IMG/VR virus record: IMGVR_UViG_3300033982_000163
Coordinates: 1 to 46,807 of that record
Source: a virus
Taxonomy: Duplodnaviria > Caudoviricetes
Direction: 5' to 3' (one strand)
Length of the DNA stretch: 46,807 bases
Shown here: in pieces, positions 19,560-28,465 of the stretch
How the letters are laid out: each line of letters begins with the position of its first letter
Position numbering within the stretch: the stretch's first letter is position 1
Notes under the pieces: model-generated
Databases searched by the model: none
Told to the model about the DNA's origin: nothing
What the model saw: only the letters and a program-made list of their open reading frames with translations
Position numbers and translations under genes: made by a program

Positions 19560-19900
19560 CAGTCTTTCGTAGAAGGGTGAAGCTCTTTCATCTCGAAGAA
19601 TAATTTAATAGCCTGTATGTTTCCGCGTTTGCATTGGTTAATCAATGCCCTCCACACTTCAGGCAATTCACCATTTGTGTATTGATCGACCTGCGAACTT
19701 ACATAGTCCACATACCTCTTGTCCTTCATCCATTTCCACAAGGTTTTCATGGTAATGTCGACCTCTTTGCATTTCTCTTGTTTTGTTCGCCTATCTTCAG
19801 GATTTAATAGGAGTTCGGCCATTTTAATCTGCTTGGCGTGAGGTTTCCATTCATTACTTTTTGTTACCTTTTGGCTTGGCTTTTTTTCCACCACCACCAC
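19556..19900 (-). CDS. phBC6A51-like helix-turn-helix protein
   Basis: Q.KMAELL, TLWKW, GNIQAIKLFFE. Confidence 0.7.
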   Translation of the reverse strand: MVVVEKKPSQKVTKSNEWKPHAKQIKMAELLLNPEDRRTKQEKCKEVDITMKTLWKWMKDKRYVDYVSSQVDQYTNGELPEVWRALINQCKRGNIQAIKLFFEMKELHPSTKDW

Positions 19901-20405
19901 CTGCTTTTACTTCTGCTAAGATGTCTGGTACCTCTTGGTTAAATCCGCTCCAATCGATGCCAAATCTAGTTAATATATTCGTAAAATCTTCTATATCGTG
20001 ATTCTCAAGCCTGAAACCCCTCTCGCCAATACCTATGTGCCTCAACTCATGCAACATTAAGATCTTCTTTTGGTTTTCTGTCATATGGTAAACATTAGGC
20101 TCATAGAAAGTGACGATAAAATCAAAAGGAAGGTAGGCTGTATATGTTCCGTTTACCTTCCTGCAATCTGCATTGATCTGTCTTCCCTTGTCCTTCTTAG
20201 CTTCATAACTGCGAACATAGCCAATCTTAACGTCATAATCTTTTATGATGTGCAGTTCCGGCATTACGTTTATTATATTTTCTCCCAAAGTCCGTAGATC
20301 ATCGGCTACTTCGTAATCCGTTATCTCCAGTTCTTTTCTGAGATCCTTTATTAACCTTTGTTTTTCATCGTCTCTTAAATCGGCATATAGTTTTTCTAGT
20401 GTCAT
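19854..20405 (-). CDS. Putative phage metallopeptidase
   Basis: HELRH zinc motif followed by HDIEDF..I..RFG. Confidence 0.8.
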   Translation of the reverse strand: MTLEKLYADLRDDEKQRLIKDLRKELEITDYEVADDLRTLGENIINVMPELHIIKDYDVKIGYVRSYEAKKDKGRQINADCRKVNGTYTAYLPFDFIVTFYEPNVYHMTENQKKILMLHELRHIGIGERGFRLENHDIEDFTNILTRFGIDWSGFNQEVPDILAEVKAGGGGGKKAKPKGNKK

Positions 20406-20537
20406 TCAAATCTAATCCCTCTGTTACCGCACATCATATGATCATACTCCTCCCATGAACATCCTACGGACATGCCGAATATAATACATCAGAACCAATT
20501 CAATCTTACGAATTATTAAACTAAAGGAGTGAAGTAT

Positions 20538-20678
20538 ATGATCTTGTTGGCACTTGGAACTATTATAGCTTTGATGTGGGTAATAATATGGGAGCTATGG
20601 TTAATAATTCGAAAACCCTGCGACCCGCCGTCTCCACCTCCTCCGCCACCGCATCCACCAAATCCATGCCATTATTAA
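20538..20678 (+). CDS. Small single-TM protein with a poly-proline tail (46 aa); not in ORF track
   Basis: RBS AAAGGAGTGA; MILLALGTIIALMWVIIWELWLIIRKPCDPPSPPPPPPHPPNPCHY. Confidence 0.7.
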   Translation: MILLALGTIIALMWVIIWELWLIIRKPCDPPSPPPPPPHPPNPCHY

Positions 20679-20751
20679 TCTATGACAGATTTGGCCTAGG
20701 TTTAATTACCTGGGCTTTCTTTAATATTTTTACATCGGCCCCGATATCCCC

Positions 20752-20898
20752 TTATTTGTCCGCATCTTTCGCCCCGGCGCTCTCGTCTTCCTCTTTCGTA
20801 CATTCCGGGCACCACATTCTCTCTAGATAAGAGAAGTACTTCTTTTTACAGATTGGGCACTGAAAAAGGGCTGGCTCAATTCTCGTTTTCTTGGCCAA
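20752..20898 (-). CDS. Small zinc-ribbon protein (48 aa)
   Basis: RBS GGCGGTGA, TTG start; CPIC...CPEC. Confidence 0.6.
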   Translation of the reverse strand: MAKKTRIEPALFQCPICKKKYFSYLERMWCPECTKEEDESAGAKDADK

Positions 20899-20923
20899 AG
20901 AAGTCACCGCCTTTTGGACATAG

Positions 20924-20948
20924 AAAAAGCGCCCTTTCCAGAACGCTT
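20924..20948 (-). terminator. Intrinsic terminator-like hairpin 3 in the late leader
   Basis: AAGCGTTC/GGGCGCTT stem (G-U pairs on minus strand) plus U tract. Confidence 0.5.
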
Positions 20949-20959
20949 ACAATCGCATT

Positions 20960-20990
20960 GAAAAACCGCCCCAGCACAGGACGGCTTTTC
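20960..20990 (-). terminator. Intrinsic terminator-like hairpin 2 in the late leader
   Basis: GAAAAGCCGTCC/GGGCGGTTTTTC. Confidence 0.6.
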
Positions 20991-21114
20991 GTCTTTTTCA
21001 TATTTTGTTTTTCTAGGAATAGAAGGTAGGAGGAGCTTCTATTACAAGGATTATACCATATTGAAGTAAGTTCTCCATTAGTAAGCTATTGGAAGTATGT
21101 CCAATTATATACGC

Positions 21115-21140
21115 AAAAGCCGCCCTATTGGGACGGCTCT
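21115..21140 (-). terminator. Intrinsic terminator-like hairpin 1 in the late leader
   Basis: AGAGCCGTCC/GGGCGGCTTTT. Confidence 0.55.
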
Positions 21141-21165
21141 CTTAAAGACAATATTCGATATTAAG

Positions 21166-21221
21166 ATTATAACACGGCAAATAAATCATGTAAAAGTCAA
21201 CTTTTAATCACACTTTTGTCA
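21166..21221 (-). promoter_or_regulatory. Late promoter with upstream direct repeats (probable activator sites)
   Basis: TTTACA-17-TATAAT with extended TG; upstream TGACAAAAG / TGATTAAAAG / TGACTTTT repeats just after the activator gene. Confidence 0.65.
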
Positions 21222-21237
21222 TACCCTCAAAAAACCA

Positions 21238-21789
21238 CTAAAGCTCTAACTGCAGTCCGTCCACGCCAAAAAGCAAGATACTTAACTCATTAATCATGTC
21301 ATTTTTCCATCTTCGCACCGAAGCCTCGCTACACTGAATTTCGGCGGCTATAATCTCAACTCTTTCCACCCACTGCATTGAGCTTTTAGTTGGTTCTAAA
21401 TAAAGCTTATGGATAACCTCGTACCTTTCGAGTTGACCCCTTGCAGCCATCTTCACCTTGAGGATCCCTAAGCACATTTCTATCTGCCCGATCATAACCT
21501 TAGTCCGGATCCTGCTCCGCCGAATAGCTCTAACAATAACCTCTTCGTTGTCTATATCCTCAATACTAAACGCTTCAACAAGCTCCTCCGATGCTTTATC
21601 TTGGGAACGCTCGAAATGCTCAATTAATCCGAGATAATTTTTTAGAAGTAACTCGGTGTTATGGAATCTGTTTTTTCTAATCCGCATACGCTCCTCGTTC
21701 TTTTGGAGCTTCAGTGCTTCGACAGCTGCAGCCGTGGCTATCTCCTGAATGTTTACGGTGCTAAGTTTTTTACCCATGACTATAGCCAC
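21238..21789 (-). CDS. Late transcriptional activator (ArpU/RinA-like)
   Basis: Last early gene; NTELLLKNY, C-terminal HTH IAAEIQCSEASVRRWKN, LFGVDGL. Confidence 0.8.
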   Translation of the reverse strand: MAIVMGKKLSTVNIQEIATAAAVEALKLQKNEERMRIRKNRFHNTELLLKNYLGLIEHFERSQDKASEELVEAFSIEDIDNEEVIVRAIRRSRIRTKVMIGQIEMCLGILKVKMAARGQLERYEVIHKLYLEPTKSSMQWVERVEIIAAEIQCSEASVRRWKNDMINELSILLFGVDGLQLEL

Positions 21790-21805
21790 ATCCTTGCTCT
21801 ATTTA

Positions 21806-22078
21806 TTACCCTTTCGATCTCGGTACGTATTTAATAAGCTCCACCGACCCCTTCATCGTACAAAGCCACTCTGTAAATTGGTTAACCGTAAGCTCGTCGC
21901 AACATTCGTCAAGGCCGTGATACAAATTAGCTTGGTCCTGCAGTATAAAAATTAAATCCGCTAAATCCCTATACTTTACCTCAGCCAGGACCTTTCCCTT
22001 GTTGATGTTGTTAAGTGTCTCGTTATCAGTTATCTTAGGCATGGCATATCTCCTCCTCTTCGGCCAGATCACCATCAA
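21806..22078 (-). CDS. Hypothetical protein
   Basis: Co-oriented ORF; start probably at MPKITD. Confidence 0.55.
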   Translation of the reverse strand: MMVIWPKRRRYAMPKITDNETLNNINKGKVLAEVKYRDLADLIFILQDQANLYHGLDECCDELTVNQFTEWLCTMKGSVELIKYVPRSKG

Positions 22079-22487
22079 GAACAGCAGTATAAGTACTCAA
22101 TCCTTCCAGTAATTTCCGACTCTCTCGCAGCCTCCACCGACACCTTAGTCGGCCAATTACTCTCACGATTGGCTTTAAAATGTACCAGCCCTGTACGTGA
22201 ACCTGCCGTCTATCATCTTCGTTCGTGCCTACGCAACAAAGAACATTATCAAATCCATAACCTGCGCGAGATATAGTCTCCATCGCGGAATTAAACGACT
22301 CGGCTAAGGCTTTAAATCCGTCTATCATAGCAATTATTACTTGCTTGCCAACTTGTCCCAGTAACGAATATGAGCATTCACGGGATAATTCACTAACACT
22401 CACCCAGCGTCTTGCCTCTGCTGCAAATTGGTTTGAGGAGCATCTGTCCCCATCGCACAATATAGTAATCCGCGCCGTTGTATCCAA
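22035..22487 (-). CDS. Hypothetical protein
   Basis: Co-oriented ORF with RBS AGGGGA. Confidence 0.55.
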   Translation of the reverse strand: MDTTARITILCDGDRCSSNQFAAEARRWVSVSELSRECSYSLLGQVGKQVIIAMIDGFKALAESFNSAMETISRAGYGFDNVLCCVGTNEDDRRQVHVQGWYILKPIVRVIGRLRCRWRLRESRKLLEGLSTYTAVLDGDLAEEEEICHA

Positions 22488-22584
22488 GGCTTATCCCCTT
22501 TCTCGCATCACGGGTATATTTACATTTCTGCCACAAGGCGAGGAGCGTAGTAGATATAATACTCACTTTTGTATTTAAGGTTTT

Positions 22585-22860
22585 TCATAACTTGAACCTT
22601 CCGTAGTCTTCTTTTCCATTGAAAGAGCAACCTGAGTAAAATCCGCATTCCTCGCATTTCTTCTCAGAGAAAGCAATTGGATTTAGGCAAGCTTTTGGAT
22701 TATTTAAGCTTTTTCCCAAGTTGAATAAATCGTCTTCCAGCTTGCTTATCTCTTGTCCGATTGCACGGGCGTTGCTCAGAACTCTTTCTAGCTCAACCTT
22801 CCGAGAGGCTAAGTTGCTTAGAATTATATTTTTATCCTGCACTCTTCCCACCTCTGCCAC
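22585..22860 (-). CDS. Hypothetical coiled-coil/Cys-rich protein
   Basis: Co-oriented ORF. Confidence 0.55.
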   Translation of the reverse strand: MAEVGRVQDKNIILSNLASRKVELERVLSNARAIGQEISKLEDDLFNLGKSLNNPKACLNPIAFSEKKCEECGFYSGCSFNGKEDYGRFKL

Positions 22861-23224
22861 TTTTCTTCCAGCTTTTCAAGTCTTTCCTTCACCCTTAGAT
22901 TTGTGAAACGTTGCAACCTCAGTCGCTCCATTTCATTCTGTTCTGACTTAGTCATATAGTATGGGTATGTCTCCGCTTGCCATAGCTTCCAATGTTCACG
23001 CCAATATGCCGACTTGTGGGGGCCTTCGTTGCCGTGATGATGCTCTTGACATAAAGTTACGAGTTCTCGACACACGCGACGCGGTCTTTTGCTTGAGATC
23101 GAGGCTCACAATGGTGATGCTCTGTGTTGTAACTACTTCCGCAACCGGGATGGATGCAAACTCCTCCATCCCGCTCGTCTACCAACCCGTAAGCATACTT
23201 TAGTAGACTGTCGAGGCGTGCCAT
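22824..23224 (-). pseudogene. HNH endonuclease split by a 1-bp frameshift
   Basis: Frame 1 (23224-23057): ERDGGVCIHPGCG...EHHHCEPRSQ...VEN*; frame 2 continues LVTLCQEHHHGNEGPH. Confidence 0.75.
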
Positions 23225-23264
23225 TTTTGACTCACCTCACTTTGTCCACATTTAATTTATAAAT

Positions 23265-23969
23265 TTACCCGCAACTGCTCGCTCCGCAAACTATACAATG
23301 CTGACAGCCGCTCGCATGAACTATCTTCCCTCCACATTCTTTGCAAATAGCTTCTTCGGCCTTGGGATTATCATTAAGCCTCTTACCTATGCCAAACAAT
23401 AACTCCCAAAAGTGATGATATTCACCGACGTTTCCATATCCGCAATGGAGCGTATATGTTCTTGGTTTTTTTAAGTTATGGCTTTGGTATTTCGTATACT
23501 TTCTAGCTTCTTCAAGAATGAAAAAGTAAGCGATATCCTTCCACTCTTCCCGTTCCCAAGCCATAGTCATGTTCTCAATACCATAAGCCATAAAATAATC
23601 GTCATAATTCAAGATATAAACTTCATTGCCGCTCAAATCATTTATATCTTTAGATTCAACCTGACTGAATGGTTTTATTGGAATGGGGCAAATCTCATCT
23701 CTGTAGTCATAGAAACTCTTAATTGCTTCGATATCACTTTTTAGCCACAAGGAGTAATCGTTGTGATCCCAGCAAAACCTTAGATCGTCGCTATCGTAGT
23801 ATTCTGCAGTGTCCTCGCTATAAGGGACGTAGTGGGGATCATATGATTGGACAACATGTATTGGTTGAGATGTACAAAGGTTGTCCTTTGCGTTTGGATA
23901 ATGATTTCTGGCGAACATCTTCAGAAACCTTTCCTGTTCTTCGGTCAAGTTAACGGTAATTTCAGCCAT
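23265..23969 (-). CDS. Hypothetical protein with C-terminal Zn ribbon
   Basis: 234 aa; CKECGG..HASGCQHCIVCGASSCG. Confidence 0.75.
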   Translation of the reverse strand: MAEITVNLTEEQERFLKMFARNHYPNAKDNLCTSQPIHVVQSYDPHYVPYSEDTAEYYDSDDLRFCWDHNDYSLWLKSDIEAIKSFYDYRDEICPIPIKPFSQVESKDINDLSGNEVYILNYDDYFMAYGIENMTMAWEREEWKDIAYFFILEEARKYTKYQSHNLKKPRTYTLHCGYGNVGEYHHFWELLFGIGKRLNDNPKAEEAICKECGGKIVHASGCQHCIVCGASSCG

Positions 23970-24027
23970 CTATTTCTTCTCTCCAATCCGCAGCCATCGG
24001 CAGTCATCTATGCGTGCGTAACTGCAT

Positions 24028-24306
24028 TTATCCTTTCCTACACAAGCCTTGCATTGGCAGTCCTTCCCTTTGCACTTTCGACATTGGCACATTTTTGGCG
24101 TCCTCCTTCACCTCGAGTATTTCAAGCCTCTTCAGTTTTCTCTCACCGCTCATGTTCCACCCGAGCACGGTTTGGGTAATAAACCGCTCCCTTCGCTCAT
24201 CCACCAGAACTGCCTTTTTTCTATCTGGACTGAAGATGAGTTTGTTTTGCTGAGTGTTTTCTCCGGCATAGAATTCACCGTTTAGTACCACAATTGATTT
24301 AGTCAT
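24028..24306 (-). CDS. Hypothetical protein
   Basis: RBS GGTGA; co-oriented. Confidence 0.6.
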   Translation of the reverse strand: MTKSIVVLNGEFYAGENTQQNKLIFSPDRKKAVLVDERRERFITQTVLGWNMSGERKLKRLEILEVKEDAKNVPMSKVQREGLPMQGLCRKG

Positions 24307-24329
24307 TTCTTCACCAATTACCCTTTCTC

Positions 24330-24353
24330 AAATTGGCAAGCGCTTGCGAATTT
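24330..24353. repeat. 24-bp imperfect palindrome, copy 1
   Basis: AAATTGGCAAGCGCTTGCGAATTT; intergenic. Confidence 0.9.
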
Positions 24354-24367
24354 AAATGCGACAAAAT

Positions 24368-24640
24368 TCACAGTATCCTACCACGTTGCTTTCTCCACTC
24401 CTCATCCTCCAGGATGGCGTCCCTAATATCTCCTTCGCTATATCCCTCTCTGGAAAACTCGGGATTTTTAACTAGATAGTCCTTGCACTTAATACAAAGG
24501 TATTCCGCTCCAAAATTGCCCTCGTTTACAAATGCAAAATAAAAGCATTCTGATCCCGACGGTATTCTTGCCCTGCATCCGAAGCACTTGCGATCTTCCT
24601 TAGTCTTCTTAACTTTCCGCTCGTTATAGAAGTCACTCAC
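24368..24640 (-). CDS. Hypothetical Zn-finger protein
   Basis: RBS AGGAGGA, GTG start; CFGC...CIKC. Confidence 0.65.
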   Translation of the reverse strand: MSDFYNERKVKKTKEDRKCFGCRARIPSGSECFYFAFVNEGNFGAEYLCIKCKDYLVKNPEFSREGYSEGDIRDAILEDEEWRKQRGRIL

Positions 24641-24659
24641 ATGAATTCCTCCTATACTC

Positions 24660-24683
24660 AAATTGGCAAGCGCTTGCGATTTT
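24660..24683. repeat. 24-bp imperfect palindrome, copy 2
   Basis: AAATTGGCAAGCGCTTGCGATTTT, directly upstream of an RBS. Confidence 0.9.
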
Positions 24684-24751
24684 GCATTGCCATAGAAGAT
24701 AATGGCTATCCGGATTTTATGCTGGAAATCACCTGAATAATTTCCAGCCAA

Positions 24752-25576
24752 TTAATTATCTTGTGAAGCAAATTCTTCATGTTGCGCACTATCAATTCTC
24801 TGGTTCTCCGGAAGCATTCTTAAGTCCTTGATGGGTGCCAAAATAACACCTTGCTTTTCGGCAATCAGGAAAAGCTGTCTGACTTTTTCCTCATAGCTTG
24901 CCTGCAACTGTAATACTTTAGCGTTGTATTGTTGCTCCAGTCTTTCGTGTAGGACTTGATTCATACGCAATCCCAACATGAAATCGTCATAGCTGGTGAG
25001 CAAGGCGCGGCACTCGGTAATCAATTGAATTTCCTCTTGCAGTTTTAAGCCTTTCGCTTTATCAATTAACGCATAACAAAAGATCGGATATGGTGTTACG
25101 TGCATTGTTTTCCCTCGTGCTTGCATCACCCTGTTAAATGCCTTAATCATTTCCCAGTTATCAAAACGGTTAAGCTCACTAAGTTCGGCAATGTATTCCT
25201 CGGTAATCTCGTCATAGTCAGACTTATCGCCGCTCAACATCTTGTCGATGAATAGCTTTTTGAAGCCCAATCGCTTTGCTAAATCCGAATTTACCAGAGC
25301 CTCATATACCAGATCGTGGATTTCCGTTTGATCAATTTGCCACACAGCCAGGTCTAATGCCCATATTTTGTTGGTGTATTCACTCAATTCTTCAAACTTT
25401 TCTTTAAGGGCGCTGCCCTTATCTGTGTAATAGTAGCCTTGGCCGTCATAGCTCACGTCAGCAAACATTTCGGACAATATGCCCATTTCCTCGGTCTGCA
25501 CTATTTCACACAAAGCGTCATAGATGCTGGATGCTGATGCGTATTTGGGAGTGCCAGTTTCAAAGGGATCACTCAT
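24752..25576 (-). CDS. Hypothetical protein
   Basis: 274-aa ORF with RBS GAGGGG. Confidence 0.75.
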   Translation of the reverse strand: MSDPFETGTPKYASASSIYDALCEIVQTEEMGILSEMFADVSYDGQGYYYTDKGSALKEKFEELSEYTNKIWALDLAVWQIDQTEIHDLVYEALVNSDLAKRLGFKKLFIDKMLSGDKSDYDEITEEYIAELSELNRFDNWEMIKAFNRVMQARGKTMHVTPYPIFCYALIDKAKGLKLQEEIQLITECRALLTSYDDFMLGLRMNQVLHERLEQQYNAKVLQLQASYEEKVRQLFLIAEKQGVILAPIKDLRMLPENQRIDSAQHEEFASQDN

Positions 25577-25619
25577 TTTTGCTTACCCCTCACTTCGTGT
25601 TTTCGCCATGAATGTGAAC

Positions 25620-25841
25620 TTACTTTATACCCGCTCGTAATGCGCAAAGCGTACAGGCTGCAGAACAACCTTCGGCTTTAATTTGGCGTGTAAGATCCGA
25701 TTCCCAACATTCCGCTCTACATACCGGACATTCAACAAGTTTCCAATCTGGATTTCGGCTAGCTTCTGGTATGTTGCGCTTCAACGGCATACACGCTATG
25801 CCTCCGTCACCAGGCTTGTGTGGTGTGATCTTTACGTTCAT
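25620..25841 (-). CDS. Hypothetical Zn-finger protein
   Basis: CMPL..NIP...DWKLVECPVC...CTLCAL. Confidence 0.65.
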   Translation of the reverse strand: MNVKITPHKPGDGGIACMPLKRNIPEASRNPDWKLVECPVCRAECWESDLTRQIKAEGCSAACTLCALRAGIK

Positions 25842-26275
25842 AACTTCACTTCCGTTCCGGATGGTACTTTCCAGTCCCAAAAACCTTGTGCTCCCTTTGC
25901 TGGAATAGGCGATTGGAAAGGTTTGATGTCTTCGAATATCCATGCATACCGGCCAAGTGTGTAATCCCCGAGCGGGATCTCCTGCTCACTAAGCGTTTTC
26001 AGGAATTTTTCATCAATCAACTTGCAATCCACTAGATTTCCGACTGCCAGTATACATCCCACCGGTAATCGTTCTAGTGGGTACGGAAATAAAATCCTCC
26101 TAATAGTTTCAATTACCGTCTGCAACATAAGCTTCATGGTCTCTTTTACAGACTTCTTGGCTGCATGTAGAGCAACCGCTCCCCGTATGCTCGTATTCCA
26201 GCCCCGTGTCTCGATCTTCTTGTGGCCTTCCGCCATCAATGACGCCCAGGGTTGCCATAGTGTTAGCGCTTTCAC
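25838..26275 (-). CDS. ASCH domain protein
   Basis: KALTLWQPWASL..GHKKIETRGW, ALHAAK, GAQGFW. Confidence 0.92.
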   Translation of the reverse strand: MKALTLWQPWASLMAEGHKKIETRGWNTSIRGAVALHAAKKSVKETMKLMLQTVIETIRRILFPYPLERLPVGCILAVGNLVDCKLIDEKFLKTLSEQEIPLGDYTLGRYAWIFEDIKPFQSPIPAKGAQGFWDWKVPSGTEVKL

Positions 26276-26467
26276 CGTCCATTACCTCCTGTCCTGCATA
26301 CATAGGGCTTATGCCTGGCTGAAATGTCTCGCACAGACCGTATTCGTTAATCTCAATGCGTTCTTCGTTGATATTCTTCATGCAGTTATCTTCCCAGTAA
26401 TTGACGCATTGACTGTTTGTACACATCATGTTTATGGCCATTACTTGATCCTCCTTGGCTATAGCAC

Positions 26468-26491
26468 AAATTGGCAAGCGCTTGCGATTTT
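26468..26491. repeat. 24-bp imperfect palindrome, copy 3
   Basis: AAATTGGCAAGCGCTTGCGATTTT, just downstream of recU. Confidence 0.9.
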
Positions 26492-26521
26492 GAATCAAAC
26501 TACGTTCATATCCTTAGCCGG

Positions 26522-27115
26522 CTAGACGATGCCGCTCAACAACTTAATCGCTCCACCTAGTTCCGGAAGCCGATAGCCCTCGAGTTCTTCAGCTTTGAGG
26601 TATTTCCGGCCATATATCTCCTTCATGTCACGCCAGGCAGTCCATGGTATTCTAAAGAAACTCTTGAATCCAAAGGATACAAATACAAAAGCCAGTGCGC
26701 CTAATTTATGATGCTTTTCCAGGCAGTCAATTTGTTCCGGCGTGACTCTTCCCCGCTCAATTCGATCATTGTCTGTGTGTTTTGCCTCAAAGACTATTGC
26801 CTGGCCTCCCTGGAGTGTTCCCTTGTAATCCGGTTGAGCGGCTTTTTCAAAGCAGGCGATAAACTTCCCCGGCTGACGAGTCATTGGCTGGAGTACCTTC
26901 ATTGGCTCTGGTGTCTTTTCGATGTGTGCGAGGTTCTTCTCGCGGTAGAAAGAACAGGCAGCTGAGATCATGTTTTCGAAATAATTTCCGGTAACTTTGT
27001 TCCGCTTGCCCTGGAGCTGGCGCCGGGGATCCTTACAGCGGTTAATAGCCTCAAAGGCGGTAAGGTCTTGGTATCCCTCGGCATTCTTGCGATGGTTTCT
27101 ACTCACTATGTTCAC
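26522..27115 (-). CDS. recU: Holliday junction resolvase, RecU family
   Basis: G..FE..I, IEKTPEP, PDYKG, FEAKHT, Q...L. Confidence 0.88.
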   Translation of the reverse strand: MNIVSRNHRKNAEGYQDLTAFEAINRCKDPRRQLQGKRNKVTGNYFENMISAACSFYREKNLAHIEKTPEPMKVLQPMTRQPGKFIACFEKAAQPDYKGTLQGGQAIVFEAKHTDNDRIERGRVTPEQIDCLEKHHKLGALAFVFVSFGFKSFFRIPWTAWRDMKEIYGRKYLKAEELEGYRLPELGGAIKLLSGIV

Positions 27116-27124
27116 CTCTCCTGC

Positions 27125-27382
27125 TCATTCAAGGCTCCTCAACATCTCTAGCGCCGCTTCTCTGTAAAAATCGTCATCTAGGGATTCAACCGCTTCTACG
27201 ATTTCCTCTAAATTTTCGTCATCCGGATAGGCTTCTTCCATTTGGCTAACGAGGTCCTTTTCCTTGCCTACACAAGGACCATTTTCCTCCCATACGCCCA
27301 TTGTCAATGTAAAGTCTCGACCTCTGAAATTAAGGGTGGATGTTTCGATTCCTTTCTCCCAAACCTTTGTATATTTAGCCAT
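27125..27382 (-). CDS. Hypothetical acidic protein
   Basis: Co-oriented ORF with RBS GAGGAG. Confidence 0.6.
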   Translation of the reverse strand: MAKYTKVWEKGIETSTLNFRGRDFTLTMGVWEENGPCVGKEKDLVSQMEEAYPDDENLEEIVEAVESLDDDFYREAALEMLRSLE

Positions 27383-27394
27383 CCCGCTTCCTCC

Positions 27395-27766
27395 TCAGTG
27401 CTTCTTCACTAGTCTCAACTTCAGTTTCTTGGGCGGGAGCTCCCCATTTTCATCTGACCAATACCAAATGTCTGCCCGAAAACGTACTCCGTGTAATCCT
27501 TTTGCGTTGGTATTCCATTCGACCTTAAGTATTTTGGTTACGGTAAAGGTTTTGCTAATCCCGCCTATGGTCCAGTCGGTGTTCGGTTTTCCTATCACTG
27601 GGATGTCAGTGCCAAATCGAACGTTAAACTGGATATTATCGTCGTACTTTCTAACCCCGCGGGGATCACGTTCATAGATTAAACACGGGATAGAACCGCC
27701 TTTGCCATGACATTTTCCATCGTGCTGAATGTTTTTTATGCATTGACTGCATTCATTCCAGCTCAT
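27395..27766 (-). CDS. Hypothetical protein
   Basis: Co-oriented ORF, N-terminal Cys cluster. Confidence 0.6.
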   Translation of the reverse strand: MSWNECSQCIKNIQHDGKCHGKGGSIPCLIYERDPRGVRKYDDNIQFNVRFGTDIPVIGKPNTDWTIGGISKTFTVTKILKVEWNTNAKGLHGVRFRADIWYWSDENGELPPKKLKLRLVKKH

Positions 27767-27778
27767 TTTACCCCACCT

Positions 27779-28042
27779 TTATCCCTGGCAGATCTTCTTT
27801 ACACTATTAGCCCATATGCCAAAGTCCTTGTTTCGTTCGACTATAAAAACCTGCCGTTTTAGGTCATGCTTACTCTTGCCAACCGATATAATGCTTTTGA
27901 GTCCCCGCTGGACCATTACGTACTTAAACCCGCATTCTTTGGCCAGAGACAGCCGAATAGCTTCCCTAAGAGATTCTGAGGTATCCGTGTTACGGCGTCT
28001 GCGTATATAGGGCTTAAGATAGCTACTTTTTCTTTTACGCAT
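27779..28042 (-). CDS. Hypothetical basic protein
   Basis: RBS AAGGAG; co-oriented. Confidence 0.55.
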   Translation of the reverse strand: MRKRKSSYLKPYIRRRRNTDTSESLREAIRLSLAKECGFKYVMVQRGLKSIISVGKSKHDLKRQVFIVERNKDFGIWANSVKKICQG

Positions 28043-28060
28043 GGAAGTGCTCCTTTTTAC

Positions 28061-28465
28061 TCAAAATGGGATATCATCGTCCAGATTAACTTCGTGTCCA
28101 TAATGCGTCCCATCTGACGTATGCGCGGGTGCTCCTCCACCGCTCCCCTTAGGACTCAGAAAATGGACATCTTCGGCGATAACCTCAGTGACCCAGCGCT
28201 TTTGACCGTCCTTATCGTTGTAGGTGCGAACTTGAATCCTCCCGTCGACTGAAGCCAGCTTTCCTTTGGCCAAATAGTTTGCACAAAGTTCGGCAAGTTG
28301 TTTAAATACCACACATGGAATAAAGTCAGTTTCTTTTTGGCCTTGAGCATTCTTAAACCTACGATCAATGGCTAACGTGAAGTTTGATATAGCAACTCCG
28401 GAAGGAGAATACCGCAACTCGGGATCTTTAGTTAAGCGGCCGATCAGGACAACTCTGTTTAACAT
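28061..28465 (-). CDS. ssb: Single-stranded DNA-binding protein
   Basis: MLNRVVLIGRLTKDPELRY...DDDIPF. Confidence 0.97.
   Translation of the reverse strand: MLNRVVLIGRLTKDPELRYSPSGVAISNFTLAIDRRFKNAQGQKETDFIPCVVFKQLAELCANYLAKGKLASVDGRIQVRTYNDKDGQKRWVTEVIAEDVHFLSPKGSGGGAPAHTSDGTHYGHEVNLDDDIPF

Noticed and set aside
24368-24751. Diversity-generating retroelement TR/VR pair between 24660 and 32090
   Set aside because: Match is only ~30 nt, differences are not adenine-specific, and no reverse transcriptase is in the window
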